A stretch of DNA of 63,982 bases, filler included, from Octopus bimaculoides (taxonomy: Eukaryota), in NCBI RefSeq assembly GCF_001194135.2. It is 6 parts of 5 records of this genome, joined end to end, with 100 filler letters (N's around TTAATTAATTAA, not from the genome) between each part and the next. Parts side by side here need not be neighbours in the genome. Positions count along the whole stretch, not along the records: positions 1 to 22,107 come from NC_068997.1; 5 more parts are not named here. The stretch is one strand, 5' to 3'. The notes under the pieces were generated by a model, which saw only the letters and a list, made by a program, of their open reading frames with translations, did not search any database and had not been told where the DNA came from. Position 1 is the first letter of the stretch, and each line of letters begins with the position of its first letter. The translations under genes were made by a program, and so were the position numbers. This document shows positions 1-10,305 of this stretch, piece after piece.

Positions 1-819
1 TTTTTTTTTTTTTTTCTTCAGTATAAACACTTTTTCCTGTAGAAGTCAGGTGTCTGATAATATGTGATAAATAAAATTCATATTCATGCAGTAATATACG
101 CATATACACCCATTTCTCTTCCATTCATCTAAGTGGCATATATAGACTCTACTCCCCATTTACGTGTTAGCAAACAAAACTAGTTATACTTCAACAATAC
201 ACAAAATATAGATTGTAGTCTTTCTGCCATCGGTGCTTTGATACCATAGCGCTGCATTTTATGCTGATTGACGACTATTCTTGCATTGTAAAGCTTGACT
301 TAAATGGTGATACAACACAAAGATGGCGAATCATACGGTTAATTTGAATAATTGTGGCTCGAAGTCTACCATATCCATCAAATGCCTGCGTTCACCTGCC
401 TGATGAAATTGAGATGTAGTTTACTGGATAATACCAATAGATATATGTAACCAAGTCGAAAGTTTTCGGAATTTGAGTGACATGAAACAACGATTTCAAC
501 CCCACTTTTAAATTATTATACAGAGTGTTCATAAATTATCTTTGCAGCCTCCACAATTTATTGTATCTTTTAAAGTTGAGATGTATCAATCAACACTTGG
601 AAGTGTATTGATGTTTCTGATTTAGCTTTGTTTCTATGCCTATATTTTCCTATAATTTCTGCTGAGTTATCCTTTTTTTCTTTTTTACTTCATTTTTTCA
701 AATTGTAAAGGTAATTTCTGGGCATCCTGCTTATACCCTGGAGTATCATCTTGACAGCTCATGCACAAAAGTAACTGGAGGAAATGCTCACCTGTATCTA
801 CACCACAAGCCGACGTATC

Positions 820-1475
820 GGCCTCAGCATGAACCTTGGAAGGACCAAGGTCATGTTCAACAGGCAAGCTACGCTAACACCCATCACCGTAAACGGCAAG
901 AACATAAAAGAAAAAGAGAGCTACGTCTAACTGGGAGAAATGGTGGCAAAAGACGGAAGTCTATTCCCAGAAGAATAGCGCTTGGCTGGGTGGCCTTTGG
1001 AAGAGTGGAAAACCTCGTGAAAAGTCTCAAGACTTCCATAGAATATCTTCATAAAATAAAGATCTTCAACGAGTACATCTAGTGATGATTTACGGTAGTT
1101 AAACATGGGCTCTCCACACTACCATCATGAACGCCCTCATTGTAGCCCAACGGAAAATGGAAAGTATCATGCTCGGCATCACATTGTGAGACAAGAAAAC
1201 CAATGCCTGGATTCGACAGCACACGAAAGTCAACTACATCATAAGAACCATGAAGGATAACAAATATAGATGGTCTAACAACATCACGCGACTGAAAGAC
1301 AACGGATGGACAATCAGGTTGACGGAATAGAAACCGAGGCAATGGATAAGATTAAGAGGATGATCAAAGACAAGATGGCGAGGTTATCTCACCCGCTACT
1401 CTATATGGCCACGACTGGCCAAAGAGAGACGGCGGTGGAAGGAGTCCAGGGAGAGGTTCCTCCTACATGAGTGAT
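820..1475 (+). mobile_element. RTE-clade LINE, degraded 3' fragment of ORF2
   Basis: Broken translation GLSMNLGRTKVMFNRQ...KESYV*LGEM...IFNEYI...YGS*TW...AQRKMESIMLGITL*DKKTNAWIRQHTKV...W...GWT.R.TE* matches the RTE post-RT region. Confidence 0.8.
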
Positions 1476-1571
1476 GAAATCCTGGGTATTAGATTAAGAT
1501 CAGAAATGTCAAATAAAAGACCAGACTATTACATAATATTTCAACTATGTATCAAAATGCATGCTATAAAG

Positions 1572-1847
1572 TATTTTGTTGTGTCTGGGGAAAGTCAGTC
1601 TCTTTTAGTGCCTTATAATTTAACACACTCACCGGTAAAGTTTTCACTCGTTTACTTTATTTTTCCTTAAATTTTCGTTGCGTCTTTCAACCTTTTCAAT
1701 AGTCGAGAGTCAACAACTATTGAAAAGGTTGCAAGAAGCAACGAAAATATTAGGAAAAATAAAGCAAACGAGTGGAAACTTTTCCGGTGAGTGTATTAAA
1801 TTATAAGGTACTAAAAGAGAATGACTCTCCCCAGACACAACAAAATA
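1572..1847. repeat. Fold-back palindrome (about 276 bp)
   Basis: Arms 1572-1703 and 1716-1847 are imperfect reverse complements (tattttgttgtgtctgggg / ccccagacacaacaaaata; ccttttcaatagt / actattgaaaagg) around a 12-nt loop. A 13-bp direct repeat atgctataaagta sits at 1561-1573 and 1899-1911. Confidence 0.9.
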
Positions 1848-2373
1848 TGCTTCAACACACGAACTCAAAGAATCTTACAAACCAAATCCAAAAACGAAAT
1901 GCTATAAAGTAATTTTGTCATTAGCAAGTTCATAGCTTCTTGATTTTATATCAAAGCATTTTGGCAAAATTCATTTTACTAGTCAAACTTTTGACAGGGG
2001 ATATATAGGTCCCGTCAGTTTTACAAACGCTAGACAGAGGGTTCATTGCCTAAAGCAAAGTATGCACGCATACGAGTACATACATTCATTCATCCGTCCA
2101 TACATACATGCATACACACACACACACATAATACATACATACATACATACATGCATACGCACATACGCACATACGCACATACATATCTACATACACACAT
2201 GCATACGTAATGTTTTATTAGCTGAGGTGGCTTCAGAAGTGACTCAAGAGCCAAGAGTTTTGTTTCAAGACACTTGTCAAACTGCCAAAGACACTTAACA
2301 GTCAGACAAGTGGTTCGTCAAATAGACAATGACTGTGTTTGGTGAGACAAGAATACGCTGGAAATAACACATC

Positions 2374-2425
<52 letters not shown>

Positions 2426-3370
2426 GGTGGTGGTGGTGGTNNNNNNNNNNNNNNNNNNNNNNNNNNNNNNNNNNNNNNNNNNNNNNNNNNNNNNNNNNNN
2501 NNNNNNNNNNNNNNNNNNNNNNNNNNNNNNNNNNNNNNNNNNNNNNNNNNNNNNNNNNNNNNNNNNNNNNNNNNNNNNNNNNNNNNNNNNNNNNNNNNNN
2601 NNNNNNNNNNNNNNNNNNNNNNNNNNNNNNNNNNNNNNNNNNNNNNNNNNNNNNNNNNNNNNNNNNNNNNNNNNNNNNNNNNNNNNNNNNNNNNNNNNNN
2701 NNNNNNNNNNNNNNNNNNNNNNNNNNNNNNNNNNNNNNNNNNNNNNNNNNNNNNNNNNNNNNNNNNNNNNNNNNNNNNNNNNNNNNNNNNNNNNNNNNNN
2801 NNNNNNNNNNNNNNNNNNNNNNNNNNNNNNNNNNNNNNNNNNNNNNNNNNNNNNNNNNNNNNNNNNNNNNNNNNNNNNNNNNNNNNNNNNNNNNNNNNNN
2901 NNNNNNNNNNNNNNNNNNNNNNNNNNNNNNNNNNNNNNNNNNNNNNNNNNNNNNNNNNNNNNNNNNNNNNNNNNNNNNNNNNNNNNNNNNNNNNNNNNNN
3001 NNNNNNNNNNNNNNNNNNNNNNNNNNNNNNNNNNNNNNNNNNNNNNNNNNNNNNNNNNNNNNNNNNNNNNNNNNNNNNNNNNNNNNNNNNNNNNNNNNNN
3101 NNNNNNNNNNNNNNNNNNNNNNNNNNNNNNNNNNNNNNNNNNNNNNNNNNNNNNNNNNNNNNNNNNNNNNNNNNNNNNNNNNNNNNNNNNNNNNNNNNNN
3201 NNNNNNNNNNNNNNNNNNNNNNNNNNNNNNNNNNNNNNNNNNNNNNNNNNNNNNNNNNNNNNNNNNNNNNNNNNNNNNNNNNNNNNNNNNNNNNNNNNNN
3301 NNNNNNNNNNNNNNNNNNNNNNNNNNNNNNNNNNNNNNNNNNNNNNNNNNNNNNNNNNNNNNNNNNNNNN

Positions 3371-3403
<33 letters not shown>

Positions 3404-3658
3404 AACACGCATGTACATTTATATTTGTTTAGCCATTCTCATTGCAAATAAATCGTTTAGTAACTCTTTTCTGAGTAACAAATATATATTTCTTTCTGTA
3501 ACATTTGTGAAGTCTTTAAAAGAAATGTTTATGTCAATAGGACCATACCGGTGAAGTCAATACGACAATGCCACTAAAGCTATTACACGCCAGTCGGTCG
3601 CTAAAGCCAACCTCTTTCTCCTTCTATTTCTCTTTCTTCTCACCTTACTGTCTGTCTG

Positions 3659-3691
<33 letters not shown>

Positions 3692-3874
3692 CTCTCTCGC
3701 TCGCTCTCTCTCTCCTCCCTCACTCCCTCGTAATTAAGGCCAACAGTTATATAGAACCTTGTGTTTGCAATGTTGCCAAGTCAATGGGGCATGCTTTGTG
3801 AAAGAACATTATGAATTTGTAAACACTCTCACTTCTGTTTGTATATGGACGCACGTGTATGTTTGTGGTTGTCA

Positions 3875-4060
3875 CTACATGAATGGGAGAGTGGGGCGTG
3901 TGTTGTAGGTGTTTGGACGGTACTACATGAATGGAAGTGGGATGCACGTATATGTGTGTGCGTGCTAATACATGAATGGCAGAGTCATGTATGTACGTGT
4001 ATGTTACTACATGAATGGGTGGATGATGTGTACATGTGTGCAACGCAATATATGAATGAG
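3875..4060 (+). repeat. Degenerate minisatellite with conserved (c)tacatgaatgg core
   Basis: Core at 3875, 3923, 3969, 4007 and, degenerate, 4049, separated by divergent GT-rich stretches. Confidence 0.75.
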
Positions 4061-4172
4061 AAATAGGAGACGGGTGTATATATACAGTTCTATATTTAAG
4101 AGATGAGGAATTATGTACATTATTTACATTATTTACATTAGATGGATATTTGTCCTTATCTCGCTTGTTGTT

Positions 4173-4218
4173 AACACAACGTTTCGTCTGATATACCCTC
4201 CAGCCTTCATCAGGTGTC
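4173..4218 (-). ncRNA. Minimal type I hammerhead ribozyme motif
   Basis: Intact CUGAUGA and GAAA boxes; stem I GACAC/GUGUU; stem II GGCUG/CAGAC with one mismatch; palindromic loopless stem III AACGUU; putative GUU cleavage triplet. Confidence 0.8.
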
Positions 4219-4290
4219 TTGGGAAAATTTTGAACCTGGGTTCTCATTCTTAAGGCATTTTTCGATATTATTATTATTATTATTATTATT

Positions 4291-4360
4291 CGGGTCACTA
4301 TCTGGAATCGAACTCGGAATCTTGGGGTTAGCAGCCCGCGCTCTTAACCACTACGCCATA
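4291..4360 (-). promoter_or_regulatory. tRNA-Ser(GCU)-like Pol III internal promoter head (not a functional tRNA)
   Basis: atggcgtagtggttaagagcgcgggCTGCTAAccccaagattccgagttcgattcc: boxes A and B, anticodon arm ggg-ctGCTaa-ccc; no long variable arm and no acceptor stem. Confidence 0.7.
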
Positions 4361-4388
4361 TATATTTTTCACTTTATTATCTTTTTAA

Positions 4389-4707
4389 TTGTTTCAGTTA
4401 TTAGACTGCGGCCATGCTGGAGGCTCAGCCTTGAAGAACTAATTTCTTTCTAAATCCTGGTATTTATTCTATCGGTCTTATTTTATAATTTTCACATTTT
4501 GGTGAGTCAGCCATTAATTCATGTGGTAAATACTATATACAGTCAGGTAAGATTTAGCTTAACAGCGATGGAGTGAACACTACTGAGGCTATGAGGGTCT
4601 TTGTCCCTTGTTTCTAGCAATGTAGAGGCTACCCTGCACCCTCAGTCACTATCACTGACAACTGAATTTTTCCTTTTCGGTTTTATATAGTGTCTAGCCA
4701 CTTTCGT

Positions 4708-4759
<52 letters not shown>

Positions 4760-4822
4760 GCTATAGTAGAAGACACTTGCCCTAGGTGCAACGCCGTGGG
4801 GCTGAACCCGGAACTATGTAGT
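4389..4822 (-). mobile_element. SINE family A, interrupted partial copy
   Basis: 3' part (gtttcagttattagactgcggccatgctgga, 4389-4490) and 5' part (gctatagtagaagacacttgccc...ctgaacccggaac, about 4758-4822) match the copies at 5931 and 51131; runs into an N gap. Confidence 0.65.
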
Positions 4823-5353
4823 NNNNNNNNNNNNNNNNNNNNNNNNNNNNNNNNNNNNNNNNNNNNNNNNNNNNNNNNNNNNNNNNNNNNNNNNNNNNNN
4901 NNNNNNNNNNNNNNNNNNNNNNNNNNNNNNNNNNNNNNNNNNNNNNNNNNNNNNNNNNNNNNNNNNNNNNNNNNNNNNNNNNNNNNNNNNNNNNNNNNNN
5001 NNNNNNNNNNNNNNNNNNNNNNNNNNNNNNNNNNNNNNNNNNNNNNNNNNNNNNNNNNNNNNNNNNNNNNNNNNNNNNNNNNNNNNNNNNNNNNNNNNNN
5101 NNNNNNNNNTAAATACATCCTTTATTGAATCTAAAGGAGTGTAATTATCGAAAATCCTGAGGCGGAGTCGTTAAGTGGAGAATACAATAGTTAATTAGTT
5201 AAAAGCTTCTCAAACTCTCCATTCCTGTATATCTAAGTTCTGTGTATGACAGTTGTAGGAGACAAATCTCTTGTAGAGCTACCAGTCGACTGAAACTTTT
5301 TTGAAACCGAAGTCCACGATTGGCAAAACCAGTTGACTTTCCTGGGTGGTGTG

Positions 5354-5389
<36 letters not shown>

Positions 5390-5560
5390 AAACAGGCCCA
5401 TTATAATGTGCTTTAGCAATATAAGGAAAATAAATTGGCAATGAGATGCGCATATAAAAAAATCTCTGAAGCCAAAAATGCACAACAATCAGAAACTGAT
5501 AAATATTTATAAATTAGAAAATTACTATTTTTAAATCTCACAACATATAAATATTAGTCG

Positions 5561-5635
5561 CAAATTTTGGTACAAGGCCAGCAATTTCGGGGATTGGATG
5601 TGTCGATTACATCGACCTCAGTATTCAACTGGTAC
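5561..5635 (-). mobile_element. SINE family C, 3' fragment
   Basis: Reverse complement matches the 3' end of 8075-8299 (gtaccagttga...gtcgatgtaatcgac...gccttgtaccaaaatttg). Confidence 0.65.
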
Positions 5636-5930
5636 ACAACTGCCGCTGCTGCTGTTCTTGTTATTGATGCTGCTGTTTGTTTTGACCCATGTTAGTTCAA
5701 ATCGATCAATTTTATGCTCACGCAGTTTCAGCCAAGACTCTCCGACATGAAGGCTGGAGATAACACACCTATAACTACATTTTCTTCAATGTATGTTTCC
5801 TTCAGAAGGTGGCAAAGTGTTGCTTGATAGAAGATTATTTTTTTTCTGCTATTTCAAGAAGACCGGGAGACTACAAAGACTTCTCCTCATTTGTTTTGTA
5901 AAACAGGTAAAAGAACGAATTACCTTACAT

Positions 5931-6153
5931 CTTTTACCTGTTTCAGTCATTAGACTGCGGTCATGCTGGGGCACGGCTTGAAGAATTTTTAGTCGAATGA
6001 ATCGACCCCAATACATTTTTTTTAAGCCTGGTATTTTTCTATTGGTATTTTCTACCAAACTGCTAAGTTACAGAAACATAAGCACACCAACACCGGTTGC
6101 CAAACGGTGGGGAGTAAACACAACCACAAACATACACGCGCACACACACATAA

Positions 6154-6201
<48 letters not shown>

Positions 6202-6317
6202 GATAAGCTTTCAGCTTCCATTTAGCAAATCCACTCACAAGGGTATGGTAGAAAGTGCCACGCAATAGGACTGAACCCGGGACCATGTAGTTGGGAAGTA
6301 AACTTCTTACCACACAG
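5931..6317 (-). mobile_element. tRNA-derived SINE family A with internal microsatellite
   Basis: Head tgtgtggtaagaagtttacttcccaactacatggtcccgggttcagtcc; tail ccagcatgaccgcagtctaatgactgaaacaggtaaaag; homologous to 51131-51547. Confidence 0.85.
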
Positions 6318-6919
6318 GCGTGGCTGTGTGGTAAGAAGCTTGCTTATTTTTTAAATTAAAGGTTGACATTCTCGAATAATTTTGGTAACTACTAATTCTA
6401 TTTTCAATGGACACACGACAATGAAAAAGTAATATTAAAAACGGTGCTAACATATTTAATGAAATGAGCAAAGAAATTTTAATTAATTAAAACTACACTC
6501 CAAGTGAGGCGAAAAAATCATTATCGAGCGACTAATTATCTGCGCTACATTCTATTTTTAATTTATAATTAATTCAAATACAAGGTTGTCTCCCTTGTCC
6601 CTTTTTACCATAATTCGTCAATTAGTGGTTACGATAATGACTTTTTCTCCTCACTTCGAGTGAAATTTTAATTATCTTTTCATGATTGCCTTTATTATGT
6701 ACGTGAGCGCCCACATATCCGTTAGTCAAGTAATTAGCGTTTAGAAAGATGTTTAGAGAATATAAAGCGTTCATGTAAGAAGAGTTGATAGGTCGTTTAT
6801 AAAACATGGCTACCTCACATATTAATCGATATGTATCGGCAATCGGCAATGGAGGGAAGTTTGAATGTGGTCAGAAGACGAAGAAACTGTATGCTTCATG
6901 CGAGTGTCAAATGTTGCAG

Positions 6920-7480
6920 TTACCATGGTCATCGTCGTCAACGTCGTCGTCTCTATGGCCGGAGTCGCCGTCATTGTGGTCAGTATTGCCGTCATCAATC
7001 GTCGCCGCCGTCGTCGTCGTCGTCATCACTGTCGTCATCATCGATGTCGTCTTTGTCATCGGCGTGTCTGCATCGCCACCATCCTCGTCATTGTCGCCAT
7101 CAGCGTCAACATTGTCATCGTCTTCGTCATTGCCATTATCGTCATCGGCGTCGTGATCTTCATTGTTGTCACTGTCGACTTCGTCATCATCATCGTCCTC
7201 TTCGTCACCGCCATCGTTCTCGTCATCGTCGTCATCATCGTCATTATCTTTGTCGTTGTGGTCACCAATCGTCGTCATCGTTGTCGTCCTTGTCGAAACC
7301 ATCATCATCATCATCGTTCTCATCGTTGTTGCCATCGTCCTCGTCATTGTCATCGTTATCGTCGTCATTGTCCTCATTCTATCAACATCGTCGTCATCGT
7401 CATCGGCGTCATCGTCAACGTCAACGTCGTCGTCATTGTCATCGACATTGTCATCGCAATCGTTGCTGTTGCAGTTCAAC
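6920..7480. repeat. Cryptic (GTC/ATC)n trinucleotide low-complexity tract
   Basis: Shuffled tcg/tca/ttg triplets give homopolymer-rich ORFs in most frames on both strands. Confidence 0.9.
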
Positions 7481-8074
7481 TCACTCACCCCGTCAAATTC
7501 TGATCGACCAGAAGTAGGGACCATGATCAAACACTTTCCGTAACCCAGTCTCTGTTCAGTGAGAGCTAATATATACTTTGCTTGACTAAGACGGCAAAAT
7601 ATGTAATTCTAGGGATATCGTCTGCTACTTCAAGCAAGTCGCACTAACCACGTGGTTGTTCTCTAATTTGTTTCATATCAAATATTCGCTATGGTTGACA
7701 AAGTAAATGCATTCCAATATTCGTTTTTACAGAAGAGATTATTCTGTCAATCTAGATGTCTGATGATTTCAATAGGAGAGTAGTGGATGAATAGTGGGAA
7801 TATATATGTTGGATAGAAGGAGTATTTAAGGAGTAAAAGCTGACCTGGATTGAGGGGTCATAAGAGGAACATTATCTGATGACTTTTGTAGAAAGGTAGT
7901 TCATGTCTTAGACAACGGTGAGGCCGGTATCTGAGGTCTGTATAATGATAGTACATGTTGATTGCCTTAAAAGGAATATATGATAACTGTAAACGTGAAG
8001 AGAGAGAGAGTGTAAGATAATAGTACAGGGGGATTATCTGATTATTGTACAGAGTAGAATATTTGATTCTTTGA

Positions 8075-8299
8075 AAGGCGGCGAGCTGGTAGAATCTTTA
8101 CCAATCTGGGCAAAATACTTAGCGGCATTTTGTCCGTCTTCACGTTCTGAGTCCAAATCCCGCCGAGATCGACTTTACCTTTTATCCTTTCGAGGTCGAT
8201 AAAATTAGCACCAGTTGAGCGCAGGCGTTGATGTGATCGAGTCAGTCCCCGCCCCATCCCCACCCGAAATTGTTGGACTTGTGCCAAAATTTGAAACCA
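8075..8299 (+). mobile_element. tRNA-derived SINE family C, near full length
   Basis: ggcggcgagctggtagaatc...gagtccaaatcc...gtcgataaaattagcaccagttgagc...gtgccaaaatttgaaacc; sister copies at 36911, 40771 and 63225. Confidence 0.85.
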
Positions 8300-8669
8300 T
8301 CGTATGATTTCTTGGACAGAGGAGTATTAGTGATTGTATGAGCGCGTGCATATCTAACTATTGTATACGAGAAAGAATCTGGTGACAGGATAACGGAAAA
8401 CATAAACTGATCAGCTGCTGATCAATGATGAGGAAAATAAGGCTAACAAAGAATACAGAACTGCTAAACAAATCTTAACTATTTGTTCCTCACGCAGAAG
8501 ACGTCCCTATGAAAGCCTTCTTTTCTTTTTATTACATTAAGCAGTCACATCAGTGAGTGTTTATTGAGATAAAATCTTTATACACCTCTGTCACTTGAGG
8601 TCTGGTAAGTAGTAACTAGTAAGGTTACAGTTCTCTGAAGAGTTAAATAAACTTGATGCATGTTCGTAA

Positions 8670-9048
8670 TCTCCTAATATAATACTGAGTGTAGTGTTTT
8701 TATATTTTTGTATATGTATATATATTTGTCCAGAATCCTGCCGGACGCGGAGGAGGAAAGAAAATTCAGTGAAGCAGAAGTAGTGAGAGTCATAACCCTG
8801 ATTGAGAGGGAGTGAGAAAAAGTAATAGCAATGAGAGAAAGGGAGGGGTGACAGATGAATAAGGAAGGAAGGGGTAAAAAAACATCAGTGTTTCAACACT
8901 GTGTGAGTATATCCGTGTATGTGTGTGCGTGTACAAGGGAAGTATGTGAATGTTTGTATGTGTGATTATTAAGTACCTTATTTTGTACTTTATTTATATA
9001 TAAAATACTGCAATTAGCCGCCATTATTGACGGCACGTGGTCAACTAG
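8670..9048 (+). mobile_element. Probable non-autonomous Helitron
   Basis: Starts a|TCtcctaatataa; ends with hairpin gccgcca-ttat-tgacggc (9017-9034), 10 nt, then CTAG|t; A|T insertion site. Confidence 0.5.
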
Positions 9049-9063
9049 TTATCATATATTCAA

Positions 9064-9535
9064 CCACACCATGCTTAGTAGCATTCTATTTATAATTATT
9101 TCGGGTTTCAGATATATCTCCCTTACATTTCCGGAGCAGAATTAGTCCTTATCATTAAAGATTTATCATTTCAATTACGGCTTAATTTCAATTGATTAAA
9201 AACTTCTAGTAGAGTCAGTCTATTACATTGTTTTTCACCAGGTACACATGCTCTCGCGTACACATGCTCATATGCATACTCTTGTGCGGAATAAACTTGT
9301 GAATCTTCACGAAGTTAAAGATATAGACGTGATGACACATGAGAAGCATATGAGTGCATGTATACTCGATGAGACACTATGTAAAAGACTGGCTCTACCA
9401 GAATCAATAGAAATGAAGCCGTTATTGAAAAGATAAATATTTATTGTTAAGGATTAATTCTGGCTCAAAAATGTAAGGGAGATAACTCTGAAACCCGAAA
9501 TAGTTATAAACAGAATGCTACCAAGCGTGAGGTGG
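9064..9535. mobile_element. Long fold-back / MITE-like element (about 470 bp)
   Basis: About 9064-9287 is the imperfect reverse complement of about 9333-9535 (gtagcattctatttataattatttcgggtttcaga / tctgaaacccgaaatagttataaacagaatgctac). Confidence 0.85.
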
Positions 9536-10113
9536 GGAACTCGCTTGCTTACAGGCATGGCGATGGCATCAAGAAGTCCACAGTTGCATGGTTTTAGGTT
9601 CGCTCTCAGTGCGTAGCAAGTAAGTCGCTTTGAACATTGCCTCGGGTTGATGGTGGAAGCTTATAGAAGGGCAATGTTCATGTTGTTCGGTAGCAAACTT
9701 TTAACTGGTCATCCGGTTTAACACAACCATCTGGTCATTTGCTGCCTTTAGCGGATCCTCTCAGTTGTCAGCATTCGGGTCGGGTGACATGTCAGAAGAT
9801 AGTTTATTCCTTTCCAGCGTCAGAGGAGTAAACCATTTTCAGGTAAGACACGGAGGTCTTCATAGATGGTCGAAGGCACATTTCTACCGCCTCACACGAA
9901 GACATAAATAATAAAATTGACCAACAGAGAGATCAGCAATTCACATCCTCTCAACGGCACATCATGAGTCTGTAGACTGCGCATTTAGTTTTGAACAAGC
10001 TGTTGAGTCGATATACTTAAACAGACACGCACGCGCGCACGGACACACTGATATTTACATATGTACGTATGTATGTATGTATGTATGTATGTATGTATGT
10101 ATGTATGCATACA

Positions 10114-10144
<31 letters not shown>

Positions 10145-10164
10145 TATATACATATGCATATATT

Positions 10165-10305
10165 ATTTATTATTAAACTAGAATATTATTGATAGTGACT
10201 TCGAAGTTTCGGCCAGTTAAGCTATCGTCAGGCAGTCGGACGACAACGTAGCTGGCCGAAACTTCTAAGTCCCTGTCAATAATATTCATTTTAAGAATAA
10301 TAAAT
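10165..10305. repeat. Palindromic element containing hammerhead-like boxes
   Basis: Arms gaatattattgatagtgacttcgaagtttcggccag / ctggccgaaacttctaagtccctgtcaataatattc; minus strand reads actgc-CTGACGA-tagcttaactggcc-GAAAC. Confidence 0.8.

Larger units (their letters stand above)
4085..4360 (-). mobile_element. SINE-like element: tRNA-derived head, (AAT)n linker, Penelope-type hammerhead ribozyme
   Basis: Minus strand: TGGCGTAGTGG (box A), GAGTTCGATTCC (box B), (aat)8, then gacac-CTGATGA-a-GGCTG-gagggtatat-CAGAC-GAAAC-GTT-gtgtt, then an aatgtaaat-repeat tail. Both flanks are TA-rich. Confidence 0.75.

Noticed and set aside
519-810. Possible Tc1-like end (TA-cagagtgttcataaa)
   Set aside because: Only one TIR-like end and no clear transposase motif.
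829-870. Hairpin catgaaccttgg / ccaaggtcatg
   Set aside because: Lies within RTE coding sequence (MNLGRTKVMF); likely coincidental.
2295-3554. Long ORFs spanning N gaps (also near 14.2, 28.3, 29.7, 41.7, 58.4 and 60.8 kb)
   Set aside because: They are made of X residues and microsatellite translations.
3875-4060. CRISPR array
   Set aside because: The repeat is too short, spacers are low-complexity, the context is eukaryotic and no cas genes are present.
4291-4360. Functional tRNA-Ser gene
   Set aside because: No acceptor stem, no long variable arm and no poly-T terminator directly downstream.
6831-7543. Overlapping 120-228 aa ORFs rich in D, H, R, S, V or I
   Set aside because: All arise from one cryptic trinucleotide repeat open in most frames; no domain or splice evidence.
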